Below are positions 26,301 to 41,300 of a DNA stretch of 64,000 bases, piece by piece; the first letter of the stretch is position 1; the number at the start of each line of letters is the position of its first letter. A model generated the notes under the pieces. It was not told the origin of the DNA. It made no database searches and was given only the letters and a program-made list of their open reading frames with translations. Position numbers and translations under genes: made by a program. Origin of the DNA: Isurus oxyrinchus (taxonomy: Eukaryota); contig JANJGN010000034.1 of the NCBI GenBank assembly GCA_026770705.1, positions 6,076,001 to 6,140,000 on the forward strand. Reading direction: 5' to 3'.

Positions 26301-29300
26301 TAAAACACACTCACAAACTAAAAGAAAAATATTTTTCCAATAATAATGTACATATTAATAACTTCCAGACTTCAGAGCACAATTCGTGGAAGGGAGAGGC
26401 ACAATATTGGACACAATGCTCCAGTAGAGGCAGAACCAATGCTTTATAATCACTCATTGCAACATCCTTGATTTTGTTCTCAACGCCTCTCTTTGTTAAA
26501 CTCAGGAACGCATATACTTTCTTTAAAAATTCTTCAACATGTCTGGCTATTTAAGCGATATGTTCACACATACCCCTATATCACAACGTTGATCTGATCT
26601 GAGCTTTTGATTATTTACACTTTTGATTTTGTTACCTTCCATTGTTCTGCCTAACAAAATGTATCACCTCATGCCCTTTACCTCTGAAATAAATTTCATC
26701 CGCAATGTGCCTCTCCCTTCCACGTGTTGTCCTGTGGGAACAAGTGGATCTGAAGAACACAAATCTTAAAAAAAAAAGATACGATAAACATAACATGAAC
26801 GGAACTCATATTAAAAATGACCTTGAAAGAATGCCCTAAAATGTGAAATAGTTGAAGGCAGCCTTAGGCCACAAATCGTGGAGTGGAATCAGGATTACTG
26901 AGGCAGCGTACAGGGCAATCTGGGCCGGAAATTAACCTTGCAGTGTCAGACGTATGTAGAAAGGATATTTTGTGGCCAAATGCTATCTGTATTAGCTATG
27001 CCTTTTCGAGATTACATTCTATTTTATAAAAAAGACACTGCTACTGATATCAGATATTCTGAATATTTGTACTTGGAAATAAAAGATAAGAAGGTTCAGT
27101 CACACAACCATGCCCCGTCTGAAATCCACTTCCTGGTCTGGAGGTGGGGTGAGAAAAATATTGACAAACAAGGCAACTGAGCTAAAGAAAATAAAATAAC
27201 AATATGACGAATTTCAATTACCTTGATAATAATTTAACTGAAGAGTTGCTAAAGGAAGAAGAATTTAGAATTCCTACAAAGTACTGGTGACCCCTTTCTC
27301 GCCGACTATCTCAAATAAACAAGTGAGTAAGAATTTCGTATCGACCAATTAATGAGGATTTGAACCAGGATAAAGAAGGTCAGTAAACAAAAAAACGAGA
27401 AACCAGCTCCTCGTTAATTACCATAATTATATTTAAGATAATGACAGGGAAGGTCACAAGTATAAGAAAAGCAAGGTTTAAATGGTGGAGATCAGGTAAT
27501 TGTAGGGGGCCGTTTAGAAATTCTGAAAATGACTTAAACAACAAATTTGTGAAACGCAATGTGGATGGACAATGGGAAAATTGAAAAAAGAAACAAGTTC
27601 AGCAGAGCGCAGTGAAATATATTCAAAATGGAGAGAAGAAATCAAACATTTGCGGGACATGAATGTTGCATGAAGACAAAGGAAAGCAACTGTCAATTAG
27701 GAAATAGATATATGATAAGTATATGAAGAGCATAAAAACACTTACAGAAAATATCAAGTAACTAGGAGGATGGTCGAAAAAGCAGATAAGACGTCAAAGA
27801 AAAACTGCTAAATAAGATTATTAATGAACATAAAACCAACAAAATATTTTACATGTTCTTCAGATAGAAAGGCTGTGATAGGGGTAATGCAATTTAAAGG
27901 TGGAAAGCAAAATATAACAAGTAGTAAGAGAAATATGCTATGTGAACCTACGAGTTAGGTGCATAAATAGGCCCCACAATCCCGCTCTCACTTTCAATAG
28001 GATGATGACAAATATGGCTCTGTCCTCAAGTGCAAATTCTTGCGTATCAGTGAAATCCTTTCACCCGGTTACTCGTCAATGATCTGTCTACCTCTTTCTT
28101 GAAAACATAATAATGTACGACCCTGCTTCCATCATTCGCTTGGGTAGAGAGATCCAAATACAAACAATGGTCTAAGATGCAAGCATAAAATCTTGCAATG
28201 TGCGCCTCAAACTGGAGACATCTTATTTTTAAAATTAGCGGTAACAATGAATGCTGAGAGGATAAATGGGATAAGTGCGTTTAAAATAAAAACAGTTAAT
28301 TCAAGCGACCGAACAACAACAGAGAATGTAAGCCCTGCCGCCGTTCCATGGCGTCTCCATACTCTAAAAGATTCTAGAGAATATATAGAAGTGGATATTT
28401 CATAGCTTGTAAAAAAAAGCTGTAACACCGGAATTCTGGTGGAAATTTGCTGTAATTTCGATATTCATGAAAGGACCAAAGCATCCTCTTGTAATTATAG
28501 GCCAGCCATCATAAAATCGGTCAGGAAAATAATGGAATAGCTATACAATAAGGTTACAGAGGAACAAATATCTTGGGTAACATGATTCACACACGCAGAC
28601 ACACACAGAAACTCATACAAATGTCGATATATAGATGGGTGGAAATAATGGTGATGCACTGTCCAGTTTTTCAAATGGTCTTCAATAAGCTTTTCCAGTG
28701 TGCTTAAGTAAATGAGGTGTGATAATGTGGAGTCAGGTGACAAGTAACGGGATATAATACTTAAATGGCTTCAAGACTTAGAACAGAGAATGAGAGTAAG
28801 GTGGATTATTCAGAGTGGCAGAAGGTGAACGTGGTTTTCCAGAAGGATCTTTGCTGACTCTACTGGTATTTAATATTCCTTTTAACGACTTTGTGGAGTC
28901 AGAAACTCCATTTTAGAAATTTGTGGCTTTCAAGAAAATGGGGAGAGTGTGAAAACAGAGGTGCATTGCAACAAATTTCATGAAGACGTCGTTAAACTTG
29001 GATAAAGGACAAGCAATGGAAAATGAACTGGAATACAGATTTGTGTAAGACAATAAGTTTTGGTTGGAAGCGTACTTGTTTTTGAAACGTGAAAGTCTCG
29101 GTAATATTAAGGAAAGTAGAGGTCCTGGTCTACAAAAGCAGCAATAGCTGAAAGCTTCATCGCTGATGAGGAAGTTCACAAAAACAAAACAATCACGAGA
29201 CTTATTTTCTGTAGGGATTTAATTTAAAGTGCTAATGTTATGCCGAACCAAGAAATAAATCGAAAATGCCGCAAACAATCTTCTTTACCTAATTAAATAG

Positions 29301-32300
29301 CATAGATGCATTCAAGAGGAAGCCAGATAAATTTATCAGTCAGAAGATGATAGAGCTTTCAATGATAAATTTTGATGAGGAAATATAGAAGGAATTTCAA
29401 GTGAAGCTTTAGCACTAAATGGGCTGAAATATCGCTTTCTCTGCTGCACATCCTAAGCATAACTGCAGTAAATTAAATAACCTTAAACATATTTAAACAA
29501 AGCCGAATAACCGACTGCTGATTCTATTCTTAATGTATATAACTATGTAGAATTAATTAACTAAATATGACTAAAACAGCAGCCGTGAAAAGAAAAAAGT
29601 GTTCTCTGCAATAAGTTACAATGTTTGACAATTTGTTCTGTCATTTGAATACCGTCAAATGAACTGACATTATCCTGCTCATTCCAACGGAACTGCTGGG
29701 AGAATTGTAAAATTGATCGCCCATCTAAGGTGTCATTGCACCGTTAATTTATAGACACTTTCTGCACAATGCCCGATGGAATAATTTCACGTTTATCCTG
29801 TTAAGCATTGTGTTTCATCGGAAAAAAATGTGTCCATGCTTTACTTTTCCTTAGAGTTCTATGACCTACAGCAAAAGTGCAGTAAGTATTGTCTACTGCG
29901 GTGATTTATTATTTATTTCTGCTGAGTTATTTCGACTTCCTGAGCATGCATTTTTGTGCTGGCCTCCCCTTGTAATTCAGGAATCGTGGCCTAAATATCC
30001 CCCAAGAACCATCTGCAATACAATGCTACCAATTTTAACAATCGAAAGTTCTTACATTGAGTTCAAGAAGTTACTCAGTTTGCATGCCGACAGATGTCAA
30101 TGTTTTGACAAAAGTTGAAATTCTCTCCATTCAATTCCACTGTTACTTCATCGAAACATGTTAAGCAATTGAAACATTTACTGTAAATCACCAAGAGATT
30201 TTCTAAGAGATGTTAAACATGCTGTGCAATTGACGCCCGTCTTCCTTTCAATTGAAATGCTGAAGTACAGTTGTTTTGCAGATACAGGGGTTGATTGACA
30301 AGATGCGAGATTCCTCCCCAGCCTTCCGCAATTCACTCACTCAAATTGCCGGTTATTTATACTTGACATGAAAGACCCTGCAGAGATTTTAGACCACAAC
30401 CCTACGAACAAACGCGTCCCATTAAAATGGCCTCGCTGTGTTGGTCCTTGCTGGACAAGCACAGAAAGGGATCTGCAAATTGGCGGGGTAAACTTGGAGA
30501 TGGACATTTTACTTTTCCAGAGTTACATCTGCATAACCGTATAAAAAGGATGGCAGATCATAAAAAGTAGATTCCTTCTGGTTTCATATATCCCAACTCA
30601 CCTTTTGCAAGCATGTCTTAAATGTACACTTCTGGCAACATAAATAGAATAATAGAGCCATTGGAGAAAATGCAATAAGCATTAAATGTCTTATCAGAAC
30701 TGAGACAGTTTTGATGTTCTTAAGACTCGGCACAGTGATTAATATTGCACTCATGGCAGCGGCTGGGAAGGGGGCATAAACGGTCAAATAATATGATAGT
30801 CCATAACATACCAAATATGTGTTACAAAAAATGCACTTTCACTTATTGAGTGGCTCGAACATAAATTTTCTCACTGCAGGCAACAGTCGCGCATGATAAC
30901 ATACACACATGTAAAGGGAGAATGACACAAAGAAACAAATACACCGAATTATTCATAGGGTTAAAGAGAGACTGGCAGAAGAAGTCTCTTCTGATTGCTT
31001 AACACTGATATTGGTGATTTGAGCTGACCGTCCTGCTTATTTATTGTTAGTCATTCTACATAACTCTAGAACACATATATTGCAGAAAATATATCCATTT
31101 TAGCACCTTTCTGTCACTCTCACTCACGCCAACACCATCCCCCATCACCTCAACCCTCCTCCCTCAACACAAATATGGTCCTGGATTCCAAACTCTTCCA
31201 GGCCGGACACGGGAGTACCAATTGCTTCTTGCTTGATGGTCCTGCCCAAAAATACACATTACATGGATTGTCATAACTCGCCCTGCCGTGATTGAAATCA
31301 ACTTCTACTAATGAATATAACAAAACAGCCACAGTATACGCTCCAGTAATGTTATGTGTTAATAACTTGCCAGTGATCGAACTATTCCTGTAACTCTTGC
31401 AGAAGCTGATCTCGATCAAAAAGACGAGGGTAAAGTACAACATCAAACGTGTAGTATTTCATTTCCATTGCAATTACTATTGGCCGCATGTAAGGGAAAT
31501 AGTTGAATTTATTGACAGTGGACACAGGGTCCAGAACACTCACCTGTTGCCTGGGAGGTTTTTGCAACCTAGTTCTGGACCTGAGGCCTCAGCATAAAAC
31601 TTCAGGTACCACTCCAAGTGAACGTTTACGTCACTAAACTGTCCAGTCAAATGTTGAAACTTTCAGGTGAAATATTAAACTGCAATCGTTCAACTATCCA
31701 CTGGCATTGCCATAAGCAGTGAACGGCCAAAATATCTGGAAAATAAAATAACACGAAATGAATTGGCCCCATGTTGTCTCACATTGTATACCTCTGAAGA
31801 ATCATTGCAAGGAGATTATCGGTATAATATCACTTTTAGTTATTTCGGAGCTCGCTCTGTGTAAAATAACTCTTGTGTTTTCTGTATTATTAGCTTGAAT
31901 GCATTTCCAAATGTGGGACAAGCGATGTCGCATGTCCTGAGAATGTGACGGGAATGAGAACAGTTGTCACACATACCTGAAATGAAACAAGAATGGTTGA
32001 TGTGCCAGCATGCCAACAGTATTGCAACGTAATTGAGGCGAAGTCTGAGGGGGAAAAAATGATATTTTAATCGCTTAAATGACATTCCACTTGTTTCTTT
32101 TACAAAAACGCTAGAATTCACCAGGAAAATTGCAGAATTAGGTGAGTAATGGAAAAAAAGATGTGGAAACATTGCACGTTTATGGGGTTCATTCTGAAAT
32201 TTTGTTTGCTTTTCTCATGGCAAATGGGGTGTTTAGGCAAAGGTTAATAGGTAATCTAGCCTAACGTTAACTACTTTCATATCACTATCAACGTCAGCTA

Positions 32301-35300
32301 AAGGTGCCAATAATGGTGATGTCCAGTAGAAGTCAGATAAACACGGTGTGAGATCAGATATTAGCAACTCGTTAATGGTATTAGTGCCATTCGGTTTATG
32401 TGGGAGGTCGGTTTTAAGGATGGGTGGAGATGGTGGTGTTTATCGATAAGTTTCTATGTGTTTCATGGCGAGTGCTACTGTTCTAAGTCAGAAATAAATT
32501 AGAACTGTTTGGGATCGATCGGGCCTTGCTGAAATGAAATATGCATTTCAACATATGTGTGTGTGTGATCATATCTTTCTGAGGTCAAGTTTTATTTTTA
32601 TGACTATCTCTTGAGATGTGGATGTGGCTAGTTGAGCCCTCCTTTTTTGCCTGTCCTGTTTGCCTTTGAAATGGCCATCTTGCAACACATAATCATAGCC
32701 AATTACAGGAGATATGCTTCCATGAAGTGAAATGGCGGAATTGATTATATGTCCCGTTTCAGAGAGGATCTTTCAATTCCAGATTAATTAATTGAATTTA
32801 AATTCGACAAACTGCCATGCTTGAACCCATGTCTCAGCGCATTGCTCGATGGAGATTCAAAAGTTTGCAGCGCAGTTTCAAAATAATGCATTCCAGTATA
32901 CACAGAGTTTTTCCTTCACTGAGTCGTTAATACTGCAAATCGTATTGACAGTGGACAGTGGAGAGTGTAGTCTGTGGCATTGAATATTTTATCAGACCAC
33001 ATCTTAACCTACGAGGCAACTAATTCTTATGGGGATGATAACAATGTAAAAACAAAAAAAAAGCATTGCTGATGTTGGGAATCAGACAAGGAAAAGAAAA
33101 CGCTGGTAAAAAATAGCCATTCTGGCAGCATCTGTGGAGAGAGAAAGGGGGGTTACATTTCGATTCCATAATGGTCCTCTTCACAAGTGGTTACGGAGTT
33201 AATTAAGGGAAGGGGATATAAGGCACAACCAGATTAGTTATATTCTTGTGGAATGGAGGTGAACGTTAGAGGGGCCAAATGGCCTAATTCTGCTATATTG
33301 TCTTATGTTTTTACGTTGTTAAGGGGCGACATCATTATGTGTCCTTTGCCAAAAATGCACAAAGCCAAAGTTTGTACCAGCTCCATTGGATTGAGAATTA
33401 TGAATACTTAGTTGCAATTACATGAATGTCACAGTTTCACTTGCTTATCCAGACTGATGAAAACAGTGTTTTCTTTTGGGGAAACAAGCACAGTAAATGA
33501 AGGGTAAAGTTTTACTTTTGTTAGGATATCAATAATATGACCGACCAATCAATGATCAGTGGAAAAAAGGAAGAGATTGTTGTAAACTGTGTAATGGGAT
33601 GTCTGATACCGAATTGCAGATCACTAGTTTATGCACAGTGACATTGCACATCCTATAAATTTTCTATTTCTTATATTCCCTTTACCAATTCACAGAAAAT
33701 GTAAAGAAAGGTATGTATACGTATGTTGCAGAAACTCAACTTTAAAACAAGATAAATAGGTTGCCCTAAAAATTCATCTCTGGTGGAATCGGCCCAATAT
33801 CCCATCGAGTGTCTTGCCTGAAGTCGAATATAGTGTTATTTCCCCTTTTCACGTCCCTCTGTGACATCCCCCCTCCCCATATGTGTAAAATTCCACAGCT
33901 CAAAAATAATTTTTAATCCAACTAATTTGTTTCCTTGATTTATGATTTAGTACTTTCCAAGTCCCCACCTCTACACGTTTAAGACATGCCCTAAAAAATG
34001 TGCCTCAGAGTAGTCAGCCTTGATACATTTCATAATATCTGTCAATCTGTTCTTTGTGGTTCTGTTACTATTTGTTCCATACCGATGTATGTCTCTGCCT
34101 TCTTCATCCTTGTCTATTTAGTAAAGGTATATTAGCCTCTTCTACCAAATCCATGGAGGGTCATATCAGATGAAGGTCCCCAGGAGACTTTGGAGTCGAG
34201 TGAACATGAGCCAGGATGTGATCTCTTCCAAAAGCGTAACTTCTTAAGAAAACCTCGAAGGCTGAAATAAAATACACACACGATGGACTTAAAGGTTCAT
34301 ACTGTTTCTCTCCTCCTTGCAGAACTAGGCACCTGCCAAAATACCGTAAAAGATTTAGGTGAGCCAATCAGTTTTGATGCCTGCTGAATTTACAGACCAT
34401 TTGCTTTACTCTTAAATCAAGAAAAGCTCCAAGTGTTTCTAAAACACAACGGAGAAAGAGAGATCCTGGAGCATTAATGCTTTTTGTTTTAAAGATGGTG
34501 AAATTTAAAGCAATGCCAGATTTGTTCTGTATGGGGAGCTGAACAGTCAGTCAAAGTGTTTTCATGCAAAGCTCGGTCAGAAGCTTGGCAAGTGACTTAA
34601 TGCATTGTTCATTGTTCAGAATGATTCACGTAGATCATATCATGGATAAAATATGGCCTGCGCCGTTGCACAAGTTGCTGGCATTCAATTGACAGACTGA
34701 TGTAGGGTCATGTGTGTATTAATTACATTTACTGCAATGGAATTAAATATTTTGGGTGGGTATATAATCTTCCCTCTCATCGAAATCGCACATTTTGCCT
34801 GGCTACCCAAAAGTGAAATTCATTCTGTAGAGCTTGGTTAATGTGAATGGTACCGAATCAAAACACACCGTCACATTTTGTCACCTTTAATTGTTGTTGG
34901 TTTCAAGGTAAAAAAACAAACTTGGACTTTTTCACGGAAAGGACGATTAAAAGAACGATTATATGACATTAGGAATGTGGCTTCATTTACCTTATCTCCT
35001 TGCTCCATGGTATGCATTTCCCCCCAATTGCGCCACTGCGAGATTAAAAGGAAAACTTCACCATTCATTCTTCTTTGCGCCTTAAAGAAGTTAGCACGTT
35101 GCTGACTAGCAGTGAATAAATGCCTGTTGTCAACATTCCATCAACTGTTCCATTCAATTTTCACTGTGTTCCAAATGCTCAAGGAGAGTTATGTTTGCCC
35201 TGCACTGTCGGCCACATGCAGAATTGCTTGATTTTCAGTGAAAACATTTCCGTGGTAGGTCATGCAAACGTTCAATTTATGATTTATTACTGATTTGTTT

Positions 35301-38300
35301 CACAGATAAAGTAAAAAAAGGTAAGTGGAAATATGCTCTCGCAGCAGACCCTCTAACCAGGTGAAAAGAAATTTGAGAAAATATGGATTCGCAGTGATTA
35401 CACATTCCAATTTTTAAGTAACTTTTAAATTGTCATTATTATATCTAAATCCCCCTGTGGCATTGACTTTCCATGTCGCCTTGAGAATCCTCTGGCCATA
35501 CAACAGGCTGCAAGTTTTGTGTTCACACCACGCTGGCCTCTTGCTGATCGCACTGTTCCTTCACCTTACCAATGACGTTTGATGGCTTCTGCAATATGTC
35601 CCAAAGCTTCAAAGCATGTTTGCTAATCCTTGCACCTCAAAGTCTCCTTCCTCCTTTAACATTCACCGATTTCTTGGGCGGTTTCCAAAGTCCACGCTTC
35701 GTCCTCACTCCGGATTCTGGCCAATAATTAAAGATTTGTTCAAAACATGTTGAAATGCAGTGATGTTCCTTACGCGCTGTGTCACTTCAGTTATCGAGAG
35801 GCCTGCTAGGAACCTTAGAAATACTCAGCAGACGATGCGCTGGCAAACACCTCTTTATAACAAACAGGGGCATACATGGCATGTATTACTAATCAAGACT
35901 CTTCTGGCGAACGAAGGCTGCAACAGAAACAAACCTCCAAACGTTTTAGTTTTCTGCCATTGGACCGAGGTGTTGTTCTCTTAAGATAGGCGTGGAAGAT
36001 GGTCTGCAACAGTTTCTCCATCCCAAAATTTTGCCCAAACGGGCATCTTTCTTTCCGAGCACATCTACCATGCCATCCGGTGTCTAGTGAATTGTGGGGG
36101 GAGCATTGTCGTGTTGTATCAAAACGATCACTTCAAATATGCCTGCACTGCGTTTGGTCAATTGAGAAAGTGAGCATTCGAAATTCGCTACACCAAAACT
36201 GACAGGAAGCTCATGATCTGTTATTTGGATCTGATTCCCTCCTTAATCTGCAAGACCGAAGCTGCAAGATGGAAAACGTACAGGTGGCGCCTCAAGGCAC
36301 TTGGGTCATAACATTACAATTGGCTGCGAATTAAATTGCATATTCGTGGGAGGGCAGACAGGCGGACACTGTCAGCTCTCAAGTATCAGTCTCCCAAAGC
36401 AGATATTATTCACCAAGTTTAGCGAGGACAGACGCCCCATAGGAGGGCTGAGACGCTCTTAAGGGATGTGCTGAAAAGCAACATGAAGAAAATGAATTAT
36501 TCACGTCGACATCTAGGTGAACACCATTTATAGAATAAGTCAAACTGCACCAGGCCACTATGGAAAGGAAGTCAGCACTTTGAAAACGAACAACTATAAA
36601 ATGATTCCAAGGAACAGGAGGGACCAAAGGAAAACAACAAGACTCGCATTAATAATACACAACATGGCACCCAGCAAGGAATGGGTGCATGAGGTCTGCA
36701 GGTCGCGAATCTGCCTCACCACCTATCTCAGGCTCATGGACGACAATCGTCCTCGCTAGTGAGGTGTAGCCAGTAATAACATTATCTGCAAGCAATTAGT
36801 CACGTGTCCCAATGTGGCCACATGTTGCATCACATCCAGTTTTGTCGAAACTGTTTGCGTGGAAACAATTTTGGTATTTTCCTGGATTAAGTCACTATAC
36901 AGAAGCTAATTACGCTTTTCTGTCAGCAATCTACTTTCAGTCTCTACCAGCAAAGTTTCTGCTGACAAATCTGAGGAATCAGTTGCTCGCAGAAAAACTA
37001 CTTGTGGTTTCTTAAGTACAGTTAACCATGTGGGATAAAACCATGTTTCCCAAAGAGAAATTAAACATTTGTAACATAATTAAAGAATATAGCTTGTCAC
37101 AGATCGGTTACAGAACAGAAAGAGGCCATCAGGATATTTGCGTCAGAGGCGGATCTCTGGGTGAATATCTCCGCTGTTCCCATGCTACAGAACTTCACAT
37201 GCAACGCATGCAACTTCCTTGCTATTCAAAGAATTACGCAGCTCCCTATTAAAAGCCAAGATTGTCCTTTCACAGAACTCATTCTCAGACAATGCATTTA
37301 AGAACCTAATGTCGCGCTTCACATTTATTTTTTCCCTTGACCCCTTTGGTTCTCTTTCAGTTGATGTTAAATCAATGTCTTCTGGTTCTTGAATATTCCA
37401 GATGGGAACAGTCTAGTCCTGCCTACAATGTTCAGGGCCCGTCGTGAATTTGAGAAGTCCCATCAAATCTCCTTTCAATCATATTTTTGTTTTTGTACAA
37501 CCAGCTCCAAACTTTCCAATATTTCGTCCTAGAAGAAACAATTATCTCTGGAAACATTCTCATGAATACACTTTCTACCCTCTCTAAAGTCTTCACTTCT
37601 ACCTTAACCAGGATGTCCAAAATATGATACAATTCCCCAGCTGAAGTTAAACTTATAGTTAAATAGCTTTACCATAAATTCATTTGATTGGCTGCCTATT
37701 CATCTATTTATAAAGCCAAGGAACGCATCTGGCTAAGTGACAACGTTTTCAATCTGTCCAGCATCTTGCAACCATTTTTCCTTTTACACTCCCAAAGCCC
37801 CAACAGCAGATTCAATCCCCTTTGGAATGCTATCACAATTTGTTCATTACCTGCTCCTACGAAAATGAATCACTTCATGCCTCTATTTACTGATTTCACC
37901 TGCAATAGCTCCTCAAAATCCATAGTCCATCTGCGTGCGTTTGACGTATTTCACCATCTTCCTTGCAATTCACAGCCCTGTAAAATCTGAAAACTGAAAA
38001 TTTGAAATTTTTGCCCTGGACACTCATGTTTGTGTCCTTGATGCATACCAGGGGGAAAGATTGGAAGGGGGAAACTGCCGTGTTTTTGTTGACACTTCAG
38101 TGTGGATCATCCATTTTATGAATTACAGAGCTAAGCAACTGTCAACTATCTGTAAAAGACCTAGGTGAGCTAAATATTTCTCGTGTTGCTTTCGATAACA
38201 TACCGTATTATTATGTACGATTAAGCAAAAACGTTTATATTCTTTAAAAAAGTGAAGGCACCAATTCAGGCACTCGTTGTTTGGCGATAGGCGCACTTTC

Positions 38301-41300
38301 GCTACTGTTTATTTCAATAAAAGAAAATACTGGGCAGAAAGCAAAACAGGCCGAACAGTGGGCAGGATGTATGTCCGATGCTCCATGCGACATGATTATT
38401 GGCATTTTTTTGTCACAACCCTTGCTCAATCCTGCACACTAACGGAATGATGAATATTGTTCACTTTTTTCGATTTGTTACCACGTTGGGAAAGTGTTCT
38501 AACCAATAGCGAACATCCCCCGCTTGTGAAAAATGTTTTTTAATCTTAGAATTTTTGGTTTGTTTATCATGTAATCCTGAACAGAAGAAAAACTCAACGC
38601 AAAAGAAAAAGGTACCTAATCTGAGATATTTTTCGTCGAAAAGCCAAAGATTGACAATGGCTGATTGCTTCTTTAGATGAATTGTTTTGTTTTTTTATGA
38701 ATGTTTTAAGGTTTTGTTTTTACTAAGCAGATTGCTAGGATGTACCCTAAGGTATGGCAGCAGAAGAATCCTCTAGAAGGTTTCCATGTTTTCAAGTTCC
38801 GAGTGCACATTTTCGGATGCTGTGTCACAAAAAGTTGGAAGGCAATAAATAACATGTGAACTAATTAACTTAATAAGTATTTCAAATAATGCTCCTTAAA
38901 CAATGTTCTGTTAACATTGTTAGAAAAGTGAATTTGGAAATGAAACGTATGTGAGGTTAAGAGTGACAGGTTTACTGATAGTCTTTATGAAGGAGTTCTT
39001 GTGACGCCATTGTGGTGTCACAACTTCAACCAGAAGCTCCACGTTCAAATCCCAGTTCAAGACTTGCTCGCTGTTGAAGCTGTTTCCTTAAGGTGGCCAG
39101 CTGTACTGGGAACCATCTTGTAAAACGTTCCAATCCGCATGGGATTGGGAGAGATGCTGGCCAGCCAGACTGCAGACAGCAACGTCAAATCACTGTCGTA
39201 CTTTGCCAAGAATAAACATGGCCATATCCAGTGGAAATCCATGATAACCAACACCCTCTGAATGCAAGTTACCTGAAAACTAGAAATGAAATAATGTATG
39301 TGGTCATTTGTTCTGGTGGAGGATAGGCTTAGGCATGAGAATTTTATTGGATGCACAGAAATTTTCCTCTAATTTATATGGGTCGGATTATCCTGTTGGT
39401 ATCGAATTCCATAGATTTAAATATTTTTTGGAAAAGCAGCTCACTCCAAATTGGCAAGGAAAAAACACAGAACGCCCCTTATAGTTGATCAGTGACGTGC
39501 CTAATGATGTAATTGAACAATATTTAACGGGAAGAACGTGGCAAAATCCTGCAGAAAATGAAAATCTGCAAATGCATTTGATTCCACAGTTGTGCAAGTT
39601 AATCTGCAGACAGAACCACGGTGCATGTTACTAATTGAGACTTACCGCGCCCTTTAAGATGGAATTATGCGATGTCTCATTTTTTAAGCATTATAATATG
39701 CAAGTAAAATATCCGAAAGCATGACATGCTTGGATGACCGTCTCGGGGAGATTCAATATGATGTCTCTAAAATGTTATTGCATAATCTGTACTCAAGTAA
39801 GGTTACCGATGCCAGCTTTGCGGTTATTGTCACTGCAACGCTGGCTCTCTGCTCTTCCTTAAAATGCAGTACAAAATGGCGGCTCAAACTAGACTTCGTA
39901 TTTTTATCAATATGATAAGCCGAGGGAAATATTCTGCCATATTTATGGGAAAGTTAAGTAGGCGCTTCAAGAGGAAGCAAGCTGGAGTATATATGGTTAA
40001 TATGAGAGGCAGTATGTAAAAGTATGGAGCTCATGGAAGGACATAATCCACTTTGTCGAATACATTGAACTGTACAAATTTTGCATAGTAAGTCGGGAGT
40101 GAGTGTGCGAGGGAGAGGGAGAAACGTGCTGAAATTGAAATAATGGTGAAACTCTCATATTTTAGAGATTCTAACGTGCCAAGTGTATTTAAAGGATGCA
40201 GGTGGGAAATATACTTTGTATTTGTTTAAAATAGCTGCTGCACAAAATATTCCTGCAATTCCTAGCCCACACGTAGAATACAGAAATGCCAATCAGTAAT
40301 TTTAAATGTATAGATATAGATGTTGCCTGCATCACATAACTGCCCAGCATAGAAAGAAGGCAACGCACCATGTTGTTTGTAACTGTTATATGAAAGATTT
40401 TTATCCCTCTCCATCTCTCTCTCTCATTGTCTGCGTTCCAGAAATCTTTTCACACCACCTTCCAAACTCTTGTTCTGTACAACAAGGTGTTTCTTCCCGC
40501 CAACCGGCTCCGCCCCACCCTATGATTTGTCTATGAGTAACGTAAAATCTGTGTTTCTTTGTTGCTGGTCGTCCTGGACGCAGGAACAATTTACTGTTAT
40601 TTAATTTCTCAAGAATGATGGTCTCATCATATTTGGCGTCATTATCATATGGTCCATTAACCTTCTTGCCTTGATGAGAAAAATTCCAAATGTCCCGTGC
40701 TGTCTATATACCTGACGCCCCTGGTACTGTCGATTAAATGTTCCCTGTGCTCCCAACACAATTTGCGAATCATTGCCAAGCACGGTACATCGAATTTGAT
40801 TACAAAATGCTAAAGTGGTGCATATTAATCAACAAATGTTGAAATGATGCACTGAGTGTCGATGTATTGGTTACATACACATCTTCAGCAGTGAGTACTC
40901 TGCCAATTATTGTTCTCGACTAATGTGTGATTCTATTACCTGAGTCGGGCATCTGGCTGGGCGTGGAATGGACGGCCATTGCAAGAAGGTCAGCTTCAGG
41001 CTACAGGCCAGGATGATTATATGCCTCAATATGTCGCATCATCTATATTATTGTCTTGTGTGCAGAGTTCTGCACGCAGCAGCATGCCTTGACATAGCAA
41101 CGATTAAAAATTTCAATCCACCTGCAAACTGCTGTCTTATCATATAAAACTTCAACTGTTTCAATGCTTCCGCAATCTTCCTGTTAATGCCATGCCTTCA
41201 CAGAAACAAAGCTGAAAGACAAAGAAAAAGGTAGCCAGTTTAAGGATTCGCTGTTGTAAAAGACAGTAACGTCTTAGGAACATATCTATCTGCCGTTTGC

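Larger units (their letters stand above)
1..29511 (+). repeat. Tandem segmental duplication unit, copy 1 (~29.5 kb; start phase arbitrary)
   Basis: The opening ctactactgtttctattttaatgtatataa recurs in diverged form at ~29512 and ~57063; copies are colinear throughout. Confidence 0.95.
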